DNA from: Batkoa obscura | Lineage: Eukaryota | Assembly (NCBI GenBank): GCA_030770535.1 | Contig: JASVEC010000198.1 | Location: 1 to 32,837 of the forward strand | Length of the DNA stretch: 32,837 bases | Direction: 5' to 3' | Shown here: in pieces, positions 10,347 through 22,358 of the stretch | Layout of the letters: each line of letters begins with the position of its first letter | Position numbering within the stretch: position 1 is the stretch's first letter | The notes under the pieces: generated by a model | What the model was told of the DNA's origin: nothing | What the model saw: only the letters and a program-made list of their open reading frames with translations | The model's database searches: none | Position numbers and translations under genes: made by a program

Positions 10347-11339
10347 TATTAAATAACATGATATTTAAACATTAATTTCGAAGATGTTTATATAATAATA
10401 GCTTTATTTTCATATATTAGCATGGATCTAAACTTATATATTTACAACCATTGTAGCTTTGAACCTATAAATCAATGTACTGATACAAATTTAAAGTTTG
10501 TTTATGATTATCAGTAGCTTATTATAGTTTAGTTTGACTCAGGTTTCAAAAAATCACTCAAAAAAAGTATATATTTATATTATATTACCTTTATAGTTAA
10601 TTAATTAAAATCCATCTTTTGACTTACATATAAAACTATATATCTATATATTATTTTGGTTTTAATGAATCAAGTATTTAAATATATAGTTTATAAGTAG
10701 CTGACTATTTATCTAGATCAGTTATTTATTCATTCATTCATTATCAAATCAAAACTCTTTATTATTTATAACTATCTAATGAAAAGTTGTAATATAACCT
10801 TTCATTATACCATAATCAATCTTACAGCTAAACTTAAACTTTACTTAGTATATTTCAAGCTAGTTTTAACAAATCTGAAAGGTGTAAAAAACTAAGATTT
10901 ATTATACTTTCTCCCCTATTTTAATTCTTACTTTTTTACTTTCTTTCTTTCTGGTACTAGTAATCACAACTTTATGGTATTGACTCTCTTGGTTTGGTGG
11001 CTTTGGTGGTTTTAAGTCTCTTTCTTTAGTGACACTGGTGGTAAGTTGATTTTAATACTATCAATTGTGTACTTATCATTTGTAAGCTATTAATATGTGC
11101 TCTTATTTAGTAATTTATTTGAGTGTATTTCTAGTAATTGACCTGTCATTTATAGTGAGACATAATAAGCTATATCTAATTTGCTTCTACTTTAGTTGAT
11201 CTATTCAATAACTATTAATAATATTAAAACAATTAGATTATAGTCAAACTTAAAAATAGCTTCAATAAATTATATTATTGAACAGTGATAACTTAGTTTT
11301 AACAATTTGATATTTAGTTTCCAGCTTTTATTTAACATA

Positions 11340-11439
11340 TGGGGATGTATTTTTGTGTTTAAGAATTCTACTAACAAATTTTCCGCTTAAATAGCGCTTA
11401 AAAAATGGAAAAATAATGAAGTCAAAAAAAACACTCCCA
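11340..11439 (+). mobile_element. MITE copy (near consensus)
   Basis: TA|TGGGGATG...CACTCCCA|TA. Confidence 0.93.
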
Positions 11440-11559
11440 TATGATTAAAACTAAAAGCCGCTTTCCTTTTCATGTTTCTTTATAATTTAAAAACTTTACT
11501 GGATTTTTATTTATATATTACTGATGACTTAGATAGAAGTATTATTAACATTTTATTTA

Positions 11560-12050
11560 ATGATATCTACAATGTTATCAGTATAGATTTTAACTTGACG
11601 CCTTTATATTGATATCGCTTTCTGCTTTTATATAACACTTTTATTCAAAAAAAGTTATCGAGAGTAAAACGTACATTATCTTTAATTTACTAAATAGAAG
11701 AACTAGTACAAACTTTATTTTTAATAAGTTGTTATTTACCTTTTGCTATTCAATTTTCTATTTAATCATAAAACAAAATAAAAACTAACCTACTGATTTG
11801 TTTATAGTCAGTATATATATTGTTGGCTTTTACAGTTTTTTTGTTTTTTTAGCTTAAATTAACTTTATTATTGTTGATTTATTCTTGAGTCCAAGTTTAG
11901 CAAATTATAGCACATTTAAACTATTATAATTTTTTTGTGACTGCTTTTTTATTTTGATATCTTCTATTTTATTTAGCTAATGTGTTATCTAATAATAATC
12001 CCATATATAGATAAAGTTTAATTTGGACACTAGTTTTTTTATTGGATTCG
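11560..12050 (-). pseudogene. Possible decayed retroelement RT-thumb/RNase H fragment
   Basis: Ordered motifs KKLVSKLNF (12013-12039), IYTD (11807-11818), AKGK*..SSSI**IK and VKIYTDN (11574-11594), with plausible spacing for DIRS/LTR-type RT-RNase H; many stops. Confidence 0.35.
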
Positions 12051-12569
12051 TCTAATTATATTAAAACCTTAAAATTAATTAATTAATTATTGTACTATTA
12101 CTTGGTCTACTTGTTGCTATCTATATAGTTAACAAAAACATCTAAAACTTTCTTCCATATCAAATATCAACGGTTATATTATTTATTAATTTAATATACA
12201 ACGTAATCAACTTAGATAAGTAATTATAATAATGCTCAATAAATTTTCCTGCGTATTAGAATTTCTTTCTGCTTTAAGTTCTTGTTGTTCATGTTCTATG
12301 CCACTGTAGTAACACTATATTACTAGTAATATCGCTTATATATTTGAATTTTTAACCCAGACTAAAATTTAGGCTTATTTTACTCTTCCGCTTCTATCTT
12401 TATTTCTGAATTACAATTTACTGTTGGTGCTATGGAAAATATCGATAAATAATGTGGTTATTTAAATATACAACATTAGATATTAAATATTTTAATCTAG
12501 TTAGAGCCAGTTATTATTACAATTACACTTCATTTAATGAACCATTTGAATGTAACTCAAATCAAAATA

Positions 12570-12669
12570 TGGGGATGTATTTTTGTATTTAAGAATTTTA
12601 CTAGCAATTTTTCCACTTAAATAACGCTTAAAAGATGTAAAAATAATGAAATCAAAAAAAACATCCCCA
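12570..12669 (+). mobile_element. MITE copy
   Basis: TA|TGGGGATG...CATCCCCA|TA. Confidence 0.93.
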
Positions 12670-13137
12670 TATGCTGAAAAGAGAGTATCCATTTAAAATA
12701 AAATGGAAGTTACTACTAAATGATTAATTTATACTGCAAGTTTTATCTTAAGTATTTATTTTATTTATCACACTTTGTTTGATTATATATTCAAGAAAAG
12801 CTATTCAAATTAGGTCGAGTTTATCTACCCTTCTAAAGTTTCTCCAAGTTTTTATTAGGTCTCTAAAAAGCTTTAAATGTGTGCTTGTTTTTAATAGCAC
12901 CATATTTTTGAAAGAATTAAAGTAGACCTATATTGAACTACTTTATTAGAACAACGGTTCTTCATTTTATAATAGTAGTTATAAGGACTAATGTTGTATT
13001 TTATTATGTTTGAGTTTGTTTTGAAGCGAAAGTTGTAAAATAATTATTTGGAATTTATCATTTTATAGGGGAGTAAACTTTTACATACCAAACATAATAG
13101 AAGCTGATAAGGATAGGAAAGCGTATAAAGAAATAGA

Positions 13138-13237
13138 TGGGGATGTATTTCTGTGTTTAAGAATTTTGCTAATAATTTTTCCGCTTAAATAGCGCTTAAA
13201 AGAGGAAAAAAATAATGAAGCCAAAAAAACACCCCAA
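13138..13237 (+). mobile_element. MITE copy with GA flanks
   Basis: GA|TGGGGATG...CACCCCAA|GA. Confidence 0.88.
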
Positions 13238-13620
13238 GATAATAGCTTTGAATTCTTTTTAAAAGTTAATTTAGAATCCAGAAACCCTATGTTCTAAGTC
13301 AATTTATGATTTTAGTTAAACATCTATACATTATGTTGTTATATTTTCTAGTCAAAAAGTTGGTAACTAATAGATTAATTGAACAATGCACTAATGAAAT
13401 GAAATATCATTTGGGTTATTTATTATCTTATAATATATACTCTTTTTAATGTTTTTTGTTAGATTATATAATTAATTAGTCTTCATATATTTATAACATT
13501 ATTAAATATTTTATATCAATAGTCTTTTGGAAACTATTTATGACATTGAGGACTAAATTCTAATATCAAATATATTTAATTTAATTTAAATAGATTTAGA
13601 ATAAAATAAAAATTATTACT

Positions 13621-13717
13621 TGAGAATATGTTTTTTGTTTAAGAACTTTATTAACGACCTTCCCACTCAAGTGGCGGTCACAAATGGAAAAAACGATGAA
13701 ATTGAAAAACATCTTCA
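13621..13717 (+). mobile_element. Degenerate MITE copy with CT flanks
   Basis: CT|TGAGAATATG...CATCTTCA|CT. Confidence 0.8.
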
Positions 13718-14479
13718 CTTTATATTTTTCAAATCCATTCACTTGAGATTGAGTAAGCAATTGACATACATTGTATTCTTATGAAGCCCTTTAGATTAAT
13801 TCATTAGTTTTATTCATTCATTTATCCCTATAGTTATTTTTTTAATATATTATTATCACAACTTCTATTCGATTGTTTAATTTATTCTCTATGGATTTGT
13901 TATAATTTAAACATCAACATGTTTCTAATCCCATCAAAATTGTAAATGCACAATTAGAGAAATTATAAATAATTTTGGGCTTGCCTCAAATTCACTATTA
14001 CTTGAAAATAAATTAATGTTTTCTACAGTCACAACGTCGTCAATCGAATTCCTTGCTTTTGTTGGAGTATAAAGTATCTTTTTATTTATATGTTTAAATA
14101 ATTGATCTTCATTTAACTTTGATCTATTCGATTACTTCTAATTTAAGAATAGGAAACAGGTTAATTATTTCCTACACCTTTCTCTCGATTTCTCATTAAC
14201 TTAACTATCTTCCTTATCAATAATGTCTCTCACTTTAATTTCATAATCACTGCATATTGAAGCAATTACTTTTTGATGACTACAGAAATACTCTGTAATA
14301 AGTAATATGATAACAACCAGATCTCTCAAACAGGGATAATTCATACTTTCACCTTATACCTGCTCAAAGATATTTAATCCATAGTTTAACAGCATACTAA
14401 TTTTATTTTTCAAACATTTATAACTTTATTAAATGCTTAAAATTAGCTTTGATAATGGCTTATTGCTATTTTTAGTATA

Positions 14480-14580
14480 TGGGAGTGTTTTTTTTGACTC
14501 CATTATTTTTTCGATTTTTTAAGTGCTATTTAAGCGGAAAATTTATTAGTAAAATTCTTAAACACAGAAATACATCCCCA
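14480..14580 (-). mobile_element. MITE copy
   Basis: TA|TGGGAGTG...CATCCCCA|TA. Confidence 0.92.
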
Positions 14581-15496
14581 TATTTATAGGAATTTCTTAT
14601 CTAATCAATAATCTCTAAAATTAATTTTAGTATAATATGTACTTATAAAGCAGTTAAACAACTGTCTTGGGTTCATTCCGTTTGTTAATATAAGAGATAT
14701 TTTTAACTCACTTGTTGGATGTCATTAATAAATTAAAACAAGTTAGCAGACAACTATGATTTATTAGCTTGTTTAAGGTACACATGCCACATTCAACTTC
14801 AGCCTAGGGATCACGCTATTGTTTTTAAACTATTAAATCTCCTCTATATGTTATTTTTAACTTTTATTCACTATCTAGCGCTCTCTTTTGAAACAACTCC
14901 AATACCCGTTTTATGTAATTTACTACCAAGTATTGTTTATTTCCATCCAATTGATTTTTAAAATTATTTAATACTTCAATCAACCCATATTATAATGTAT
15001 TTATCTATTCTTACATAACCTTTTTATAAAATGATTACATTTTTTATATTAAATAAAACAAAGTTACTTATTTATCCTTTTATACTAGTTCACTATAAAT
15101 CTACTAAAATTCTATAGATTTAATTAAATATAAAATATAAAATATAAAATAACTCAATTGACCTAAGCTTATTTTATTTTTGTCAAGTGTTATTTACAAT
15201 TAATATCGTTTTTATAAATATATAATATATAGTAATTGAAAACTAGTTCAAGTAATTTCAATTGTCTCTTTATCTATTTTCATTATAATTTAAAAATAAT
15301 TAAAACAATGAAATTTTTTTTATATGAATCTAATTAAGAACACTAAATTTCAAGTGATAGAAAAAGTATTCAAAATGATAAAATGTTTTCTTAGACCTTA
15401 TTTAAAAAAGGCCAAATGTGGGTAAACTTTTCTTTTCTTAGTATTGCTATTTGGTATTTTCTAGAAAAATTCTTATAAGAATAGCCAATCTATATA

Positions 15497-15596
15497 TGGG
15501 GATGTTTTTTTTGATTTCATTATTTTTCCATTTTTTAAGCGCTATTTAAGTGGAAAGATTGCTAGTAAAATTCTTAAACAAAAAAAAACATCCTCA
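15497..15596 (-). mobile_element. MITE copy
   Basis: TA|TGGGGATG...CATCCTCA|TA. Confidence 0.92.
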
Positions 15597-15925
15597 TATT
15601 CTAAAAGTATTAATAAGATTTTAAACTGCTTGAGTATATTTCATTTGTCTATTGACTAATATAAAAGACTTTAGGCTGATTTCCATATCAAAATATTTGC
15701 TACTTGGTTGTTTTTTCAATTGCAGACTTTTTTAAATCTTTACTTCAAAGCCTTATAGTGTATATTTAAATATTTTATTGGCATTTCTCCCTTAGATTAC
15801 TTTTACATAAAGAAAGCTTTCTTTACCATGCAAAGATAAAAAGATAATTAACATTTTATTTAAAATATCATAACAAAAAAAACACCACTTTACATATCTA
15901 AAAAAAATTAATATAAAATAGTATA

Positions 15926-16026
15926 TGGGGATGTATCTTTGTGTTTGGGAATTTTACTAACAAATTTTTCGTTCAAATAGTGCTTGAAAGGTAAAAAAAG
16001 TGATGAAGTCAAAAAAAACATCCCCG
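15926..16026 (+). mobile_element. MITE copy
   Basis: TA|TGGGGATG...CATCCCCG|TA. Confidence 0.9.
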
Positions 16027-16109
16027 TATATTATTTACAAAAACTAATAATAGTCACAAGTAAAATGAAATACAAAGAAATTTCAAATTTTATTATCATT
16101 AGAATAAAA

Positions 16110-17840
16110 TTAGCCTAAATATATATTTATCTCTTTCATAAAATCTGAAGGTAACTAAAATCAATTAATACAATGCTGATTTGATTTGAAGCACTAATAA
16201 AATCTTTAACATGCCCTTTATTACTAGTTTCAGATACTCTATTAAGCTCCTTAACTACTAATAAACATTTTGCTTTTGCTTCATCAATCATAAACATATT
16301 ATAAGTCAAAATTGATGCTTGATGCAACAAATTGACAAGGGTAGAAAAATATGAACATATTTGATAATAAAAAGAAATATTGACACTTGATTAAAATTGA
16401 TATTTAGGATCAAATTGATGAATTTCGGTAAAACTTTTTTGACTCTTTTATATCTAGACCTCTGTTTAAATAATAGGTGCTTATCTGGTTTGAATAATTA
16501 GACAACATTTTCATTTTTGACTTTGTAGTGAATAAATTATAGATAAACCAAAACAGGTGGATAGTAAAGTTTAACAGTGTATTGAATTAATACTTTAAGG
16601 TACCTTATAAAATTAAATCCATGATTGTTTATCCTTTTTTCTAATTTCTCTCTACTATACTCAGTTTTACCTTCTATTAATTTTTGATGTTGAATTAAAT
16701 TCATTAGCATAGTCAAGTAGTTTATAAATTTTAAGGCAATAATAAATTAGCGACAGATATATTATAATAATCTTTCGATGCTTCATAAGCTTCTTTTACT
16801 TTTTATATATGAGTCAATATTTTTATATTCGCCTTAATAAGTTCTTTAGTGTAAAAATATGAATATTTGTCTATATTCCTATGACATATCCTGTTATAAT
16901 CATTATATCTGTTTTGGTTCACTATAAAGTAATGCGAAAGGTCCTCAATTTCAAATTTAATAAAAGATATGTTTAAAGCATAAGATGACATAGTCAAATA
17001 AATAAGGCAAAGAGTTTTACATATTCTTCTATCTTATAACAAATTGTTATAACCTAAGTCTGTAGCATGTAGATTGTTAAATAAACCATCATTCATGCTA
17101 TATTCTAAACATTGAGCCATATTTATAACATACAAAAAGGTGTCGTTTAGCAAGATTGAAATCTGTATGTGACGATTGATATAAGATAATAATCCTTAAG
17201 CCATCACATACTTATAGCTAGGATTGAAATAAGATTAAGGTAGAGTCACTTTTACTTCCTTTAGAGCTTTCTTGTAAACGTGTCTACAAGCTATACTATT
17301 ATGTAGAAGGGTAAAACGAGGCAGAAATGTTATTAAGGTGTAGGATAAATTATCTGGCTTTTTGTTTGTTAAAATTGCATTCAAACCGAATTTATCCAAC
17401 TATAAATTGTATAGATCTATAACCTTTTTGAAAAAAATGGGATCATTCTCTGGAAATTGACCTTAAGCCTGACTTATTTTAATTCCATATATACTTTTGA
17501 TGATATATCATTTATTGAAAGCAATCGAATAATGTTAAATTTAATCTTATTGTATAATACGGTCTCAAACTGATAAATCTTTTTTTTGAATTTCATTATT
17601 ACTACGATTCTTTCTTGATTTGTTATTCTGAGTTTATTTTAGGCCACCCGAGATACTTTAAAAATAAATTAAATATTATTATGCATCAAAACGATCACCA
17701 TTTACTCTTTCTTTGGATTCTAAGTTTAAATGAAAATATAGTTGCTTAAATAGATTGTTTAATGTACAATCAGTGGTACCTACTTTACTATTCATCCTTA
17801 TTTTTTGGTTTAGCTGTATTCTCGACTTTATATTTTTGAC
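16110..17840 (-). pseudogene. Second pseudogene copy of the 583-aa TF-like gene
   Basis: Colinear similarity to 7471-9222 (ctaaacattgagccat, ccatttactcttt, MIDEAKAKCLLVVKELNRVSE vs MVNEAKIKCVSLVKELYKVSK); many stops and frameshifts; 5' end approximate. Confidence 0.88.
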
Positions 17841-18833
17841 TTTATATTATTTGTACCTATATTGAGAGTTATTGAGTTTAAAATAAACAAAGGTGTGAAG
17901 TGCATTTTTTATGGTTTGAGAATAAGAATATAACAAGTTAAGTATATAAACAAATAAATATTAAGATATCTTTTTTTGTTTTTTATTTGGTAAAATATAA
18001 TAAATAATTTAGAAATAATAGTACTTTGTATATAAATTCTATCCACATGGTTTATTCTTTGAAATAATTTTATTACTAGTATTTGAATAATAATGTGCTC
18101 TAATTGATGTTGATTTTAAATAAGGATCATATTTTTACGAACTATTTAATTTTTTAATTTATAAAGTATATGAAATGATCAAAAAAATGAAACTAAGGTG
18201 TTTCAATATTATAATTTTTGGAACTCAGAGTTGATTCTTGAGCCTTTTGATATAGCTAAATCCCGGCCACTTCTTATGCCCTTCCATGATTTACACTTCA
18301 ACATAGCTGGTATCTCTTCTTAACTGTCAAATCTTTATCCTACCTTTATTGCTTGTTTCTATTTATTTGTACTGTGATCAATCTATAAGTCCACATAAAG
18401 TTTTCCTTTTCTGAGGAGCCTTCTATCCTGACTTTAACTTCTCTTCTCATTGAACAGAGAATAGCTTATATCAGTGAACTTGATTTTTACAAACAACCCT
18501 TAGCCAGGAGCTAAGCTGGTACTAAAGTTCTCCTATTATAGCTAATTAGCCCTACTCTCTAACTATTTGATTTTTTTTCTTGTTTTTATTGCTAGGAATT
18601 ATTCAATGTTGTATTAGTCATAATATCAAATTTATAAACGATGTAAAGTCAGGCTCGTATTACTATGTTATTTTACTTATTTGTTTTATTTTGATTTATT
18701 AACAATAATTTTTGAAGTTCGACCAACTACTAAAAACAACTTTTTTAGTTATAAGTATAATTGTTCATGAAATAAAATATCCTTGTACTGTTATGTCATA
18801 ATAAAAACTAACCTTATGCGGCATAATTCACTA

Positions 18834-20735
18834 TTATTTCTTATTGTTTGTCATTATTGGCCTCATTAAACATGAGGATATAAACCCAACACTAAAAAAC
18901 GCAATAAAACCATAAAAAATTGTACGGAATCCAAGTTTATAACATGCTACCAACCCTTGCCTTAACTGCGACTCTAACTCCAAAATCAAAGATGGTTTAT
19001 CTATTAACATATCAATGTCTAACTTTTGTTTAAATTGTTCTAATAACTCTTTCAAAACATTGAAATAAATGGCATCAGCAGCAATTATACCAATCACTCC
19101 ACCAAAACTAAAAAAGAATTTATTAACTATCTTAACCTCTTGGATGTCTTCTGCTTTAACAGCTAATTCAGAAATGCTACCAGTTATCTTTAAACTGAGT
19201 CCTATGCTCACACCCACTAATGCTACAAACAGATAAAACAATCCTGGTTTAGCAAGCTGATATGAAGCTATAGCTAATAAGCAACTGGCTACTACGCCAA
19301 GCCCAGTACTTAAAATTAAATACCATCGATATACAGTGAATTTCTTAATGATTAAGCTGATCGCTAGATAACCTAATAAAAGACTGAAAATGATTGTAAT
19401 AATTGTTGGTGTGGTTTGATTTGCAGTCAAACTAAAAGTAATCTTATAATAATAAGGGATAAAGATGAAGCCAATGAATAGAACAGCGCCATTAAAAAAT
19501 GAAATTAAACAGCATAAAATCACATTATGATAAAATAAGTGAGCTGGTAAAGTGGGCTGTTTTGATATATATTTTTGGGAGTAAATGAATAGGAAAAGGA
19601 ATAGTACAGAAATACAAAGCGGAAGTAAAGCTTGATAAGAAGACCAAGGATAGATTAAGGAGGTGCGATTTAGTGAAAGAGAGAGCAAAGTTGTAAATAA
19701 AAATAGAGAAACAGAACCGATAAAATCAAAGTTATGTAGTTTAACTTGTAAACTTGTATCTTTACTTTTACGTGGTAAAAATAAAAGTAATATAACAATA
19801 GCGACTGAAGAAGTAGGTATGCTAATATAAAAACACCAACGCCACGATAATTGAGTCATAAATAAGCCAACTAACATAGAAGCAGAAACAGAAGCAGCAA
19901 TAAAAAACAAGGTATAGATTATCATATAAGTTTTTAGTCTATAAGCTGGTACCAACTCTTTAATAATGACATTACATAATGTAGGTAATCCACCTCCACC
20001 AATACCCGCGATTGCTCTTCCAACAATCAGCATTGTTAAATTAACTGAAGTAGAAGAAATTATAGTACCTATGAGGAAAGAAATTAAAGCTAATAAAATA
20101 ATGGCCTTATAACTGAAGACATAAATTAGCCTTTTATATTGTCTTTCCATAATAAAAGAGGTAAGTAAGTAAGCTATACCAAATAAACCCAATTTAGAAT
20201 ATTCATCAAAATTAGAAGCTATTGGGACAAGTAAAGAGGTAGCTAAAATTCGATCATAACCAGTGGTTATGTAAGTTAAAAATAGACCGAACAATAATAA
20301 AGTGGTTCTGAATTTTGTTAAACGTACTTTAGTATCATCAATGTTTAATACTATTGTTGCCTCATCTCCTTTGGAGTTATCATTAAATTCATTATTGACA
20401 TTAGATTCTATATGTTGTAAATTATCACTAAATACTAACGGCTTAGTTTCTGTGTTATTGGGTAACTCAAGCTGTTTATCATTATTATTGATATTTGTAT
20501 TGATGCTATTATTATTATCAACAATGTTTTTTCTGTTGCCATCTATGACATTCTTACTTTTGCTATTGTTTGTTATGCCATCTTTGTTATTGAAATCCGC
20601 TTGCTCCTTTTGAGGTTGATCTCTCGCTTCGGGCTTGTTATATTGAATATCATTTAACTTAAATTCTTCACTTTCAATGTTGACGGTTTTCTCCACCTTA
20701 GTTCCACTTAACTCAATTTCTTTACTTTCTTCCAT
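18834..20735 (-). CDS. MFS transporter, DHA2 (14-TMS drug:H+ antiporter)-like
   Basis: 633-aa ORF with long N-rich hydrophilic N-terminus, many TM helices, LIVGRAIAGIGGGG and SWRWCFYISIP motifs, and FDFIG at TM8. Confidence 0.9.
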   Translation of the reverse strand: MEESKEIELSGTKVEKTVNIESEEFKLNDIQYNKPEARDQPQKEQADFNNKDGITNNSKSKNVIDGNRKNIVDNNNSINTNINNNDKQLELPNNTETKPLVFSDNLQHIESNVNNEFNDNSKGDEATIVLNIDDTKVRLTKFRTTLLLFGLFLTYITTGYDRILATSLLVPIASNFDEYSKLGLFGIAYLLTSFIMERQYKRLIYVFSYKAIILLALISFLIGTIISSTSVNLTMLIVGRAIAGIGGGGLPTLCNVIIKELVPAYRLKTYMIIYTLFFIAASVSASMLVGLFMTQLSWRWCFYISIPTSSVAIVILLLFLPRKSKDTSLQVKLHNFDFIGSVSLFLFTTLLSLSLNRTSLIYPWSSYQALLPLCISVLFLFLFIYSQKYISKQPTLPAHLFYHNVILCCLISFFNGAVLFIGFIFIPYYYKITFSLTANQTTPTIITIIFSLLLGYLAISLIIKKFTVYRWYLILSTGLGVVASCLLAIASYQLAKPGLFYLFVALVGVSIGLSLKITGSISELAVKAEDIQEVKIVNKFFFSFGGVIGIIAADAIYFNVLKELLEQFKQKLDIDMLIDKPSLILELESQLRQGLVACYKLGFRTIFYGFIAFFSVGFISSCLMRPIMTNNKK

Positions 20736-22358
20736 TCTTGACTTAATCTTCTAAAAAATTAACAAAAAGCACAATGGGACATTCCAATCTTTATATTATA
20801 TAGTTTTTATCCACTTGTTATTAGTTTTTATTTATGAATTAAAATTCCTTTATTAGTTGTAAGAATAAAATGTAAATAAATGAAAATGTTCTGAGCTCAG
20901 TTTATTCATTTTTTTTCTCTAGAATTGTTTGAGTGATTGTCTTGAGGCTGAGATAAAAAGATAAAACTAAAATTAATTGGATGATTTTTTTTAATAAAAA
21001 TCAAGTTGAAGACAACTACAAAAATAAACATACAGTACAAAACAAAGTAACATTTAAAATTTTCAAATAACTTGAATAAATTTAAAACCTTGACTAAATT
21101 AAAAAACATTAAAGTTTAAATTAAATTAAATTAAAGCATTAAATCCCATTTATAAATGATTTTTATTTTCATTTTTTTGTTAATTTTTTAAGTAATAGAA
21201 TTTAAAATTTATTAGGAGTATGAAAGAAAAGACATCTTCAATGTGTTTCAGGATCCAACAAAAAGGCAGCCATTTTCACAACATTGATACTCTAATGAAT
21301 TTTCAAAAGGGCCAAAACCAAAGTGGTTTATTAGTAAATGTAGCTACTACAAGTGAAAGTCATAAGTACAAACGTTATTATGTAATGTCGAAATTTATCA
21401 CCTTGAGAATTCACTTACAGGGTTGTTAGACTATCAACAAATAAAAGAAACATAAAATGACAGGTTTATGATTTATTCAAGTTGTTACCTTTAGAAAAAC
21501 TTATAACTAGGAAGAAATTGGCCCTTGAGTCTAAATTAATCAATGCTACTATCTATCATTCTAAAGGTTAAGTTAAATAAGCTGGTTATACCAAGATAAA
21601 ATTTCTATTGAAATACTGCTATACAAACATTACTATTAGACATTTTAAGGAGACATAAAAAATAGTTTTCATTATTCTATTCAGCTTTATTAAAATTATT
21701 TTAATTCATCCCAACTGTTTTTCAAAGCGAAATTCCATTTTTTGGCTTTAGAAAAAAATTCCTTCAACAATCTTTTAGATTAGTTTTTGGTACTTTATTT
21801 GAATCAAAGAATTTGCATTTAGTGTGCAGGTCTTTAAATATTTAAAGCCAAGCTTTTATTTTCTCCAAAAGGACTTTGAACTTAAATGAGAGTGTATAAA
21901 TGAGAATATTAAGATATAAAGACAAAAACAAGCTAAAAAACTTCATAACTTGCTCATCTAAAAACTAACTCTTTTACCTACCAAATTAAAAAACCCATGG
22001 TTTACTGTGTAGTTAGGCAAGCTATCTATTGATTGGTTATTTTTTTGAACGTCAGATGTCAAAAAGGAAATAAGCTAAATAACTACAATGTGGCCCATAA
22101 GTAGGATAGATTTCTATAGTTTTATGCAGCTTTCAGTAGGAATTACGACTTTATTCCTGTAAAATTGATTTTTTATGATTTGGACTAAATACTTGCCTAT
22201 AAATTGAATGGAATTCCCAATCTTATTTTATGCTGGGCATTTTATTTCACTAAAATTTATATCTATAACCTTGGATTAGAATAGTAACCCCTACTGAAAC
22301 CTGGATAAAAACCCTGTTATAACTTACTTACCTGTTATCTGCAAAAAAAGCAAACAAA

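Noticed and set aside
15128..15151. (TATAAAA)n short tandem repeat
   Set aside because: Expected in DNA this AT-rich.
2181..16026. The 100-bp repeat as a CRISPR-like array
   Set aside because: Both orientations, spacing from 2 bp to over 3 kb, TIRs and target duplications, no cas genes, eukaryotic context.
18200..18560. Higher-GC patch downstream of the MFS gene
   Set aside because: No coherent frame or motif found by manual translation of the minus strand.
20906..21429. 67-aa and 69-aa ORFs
   Set aside because: No recognisable motifs; lengths within chance expectation.
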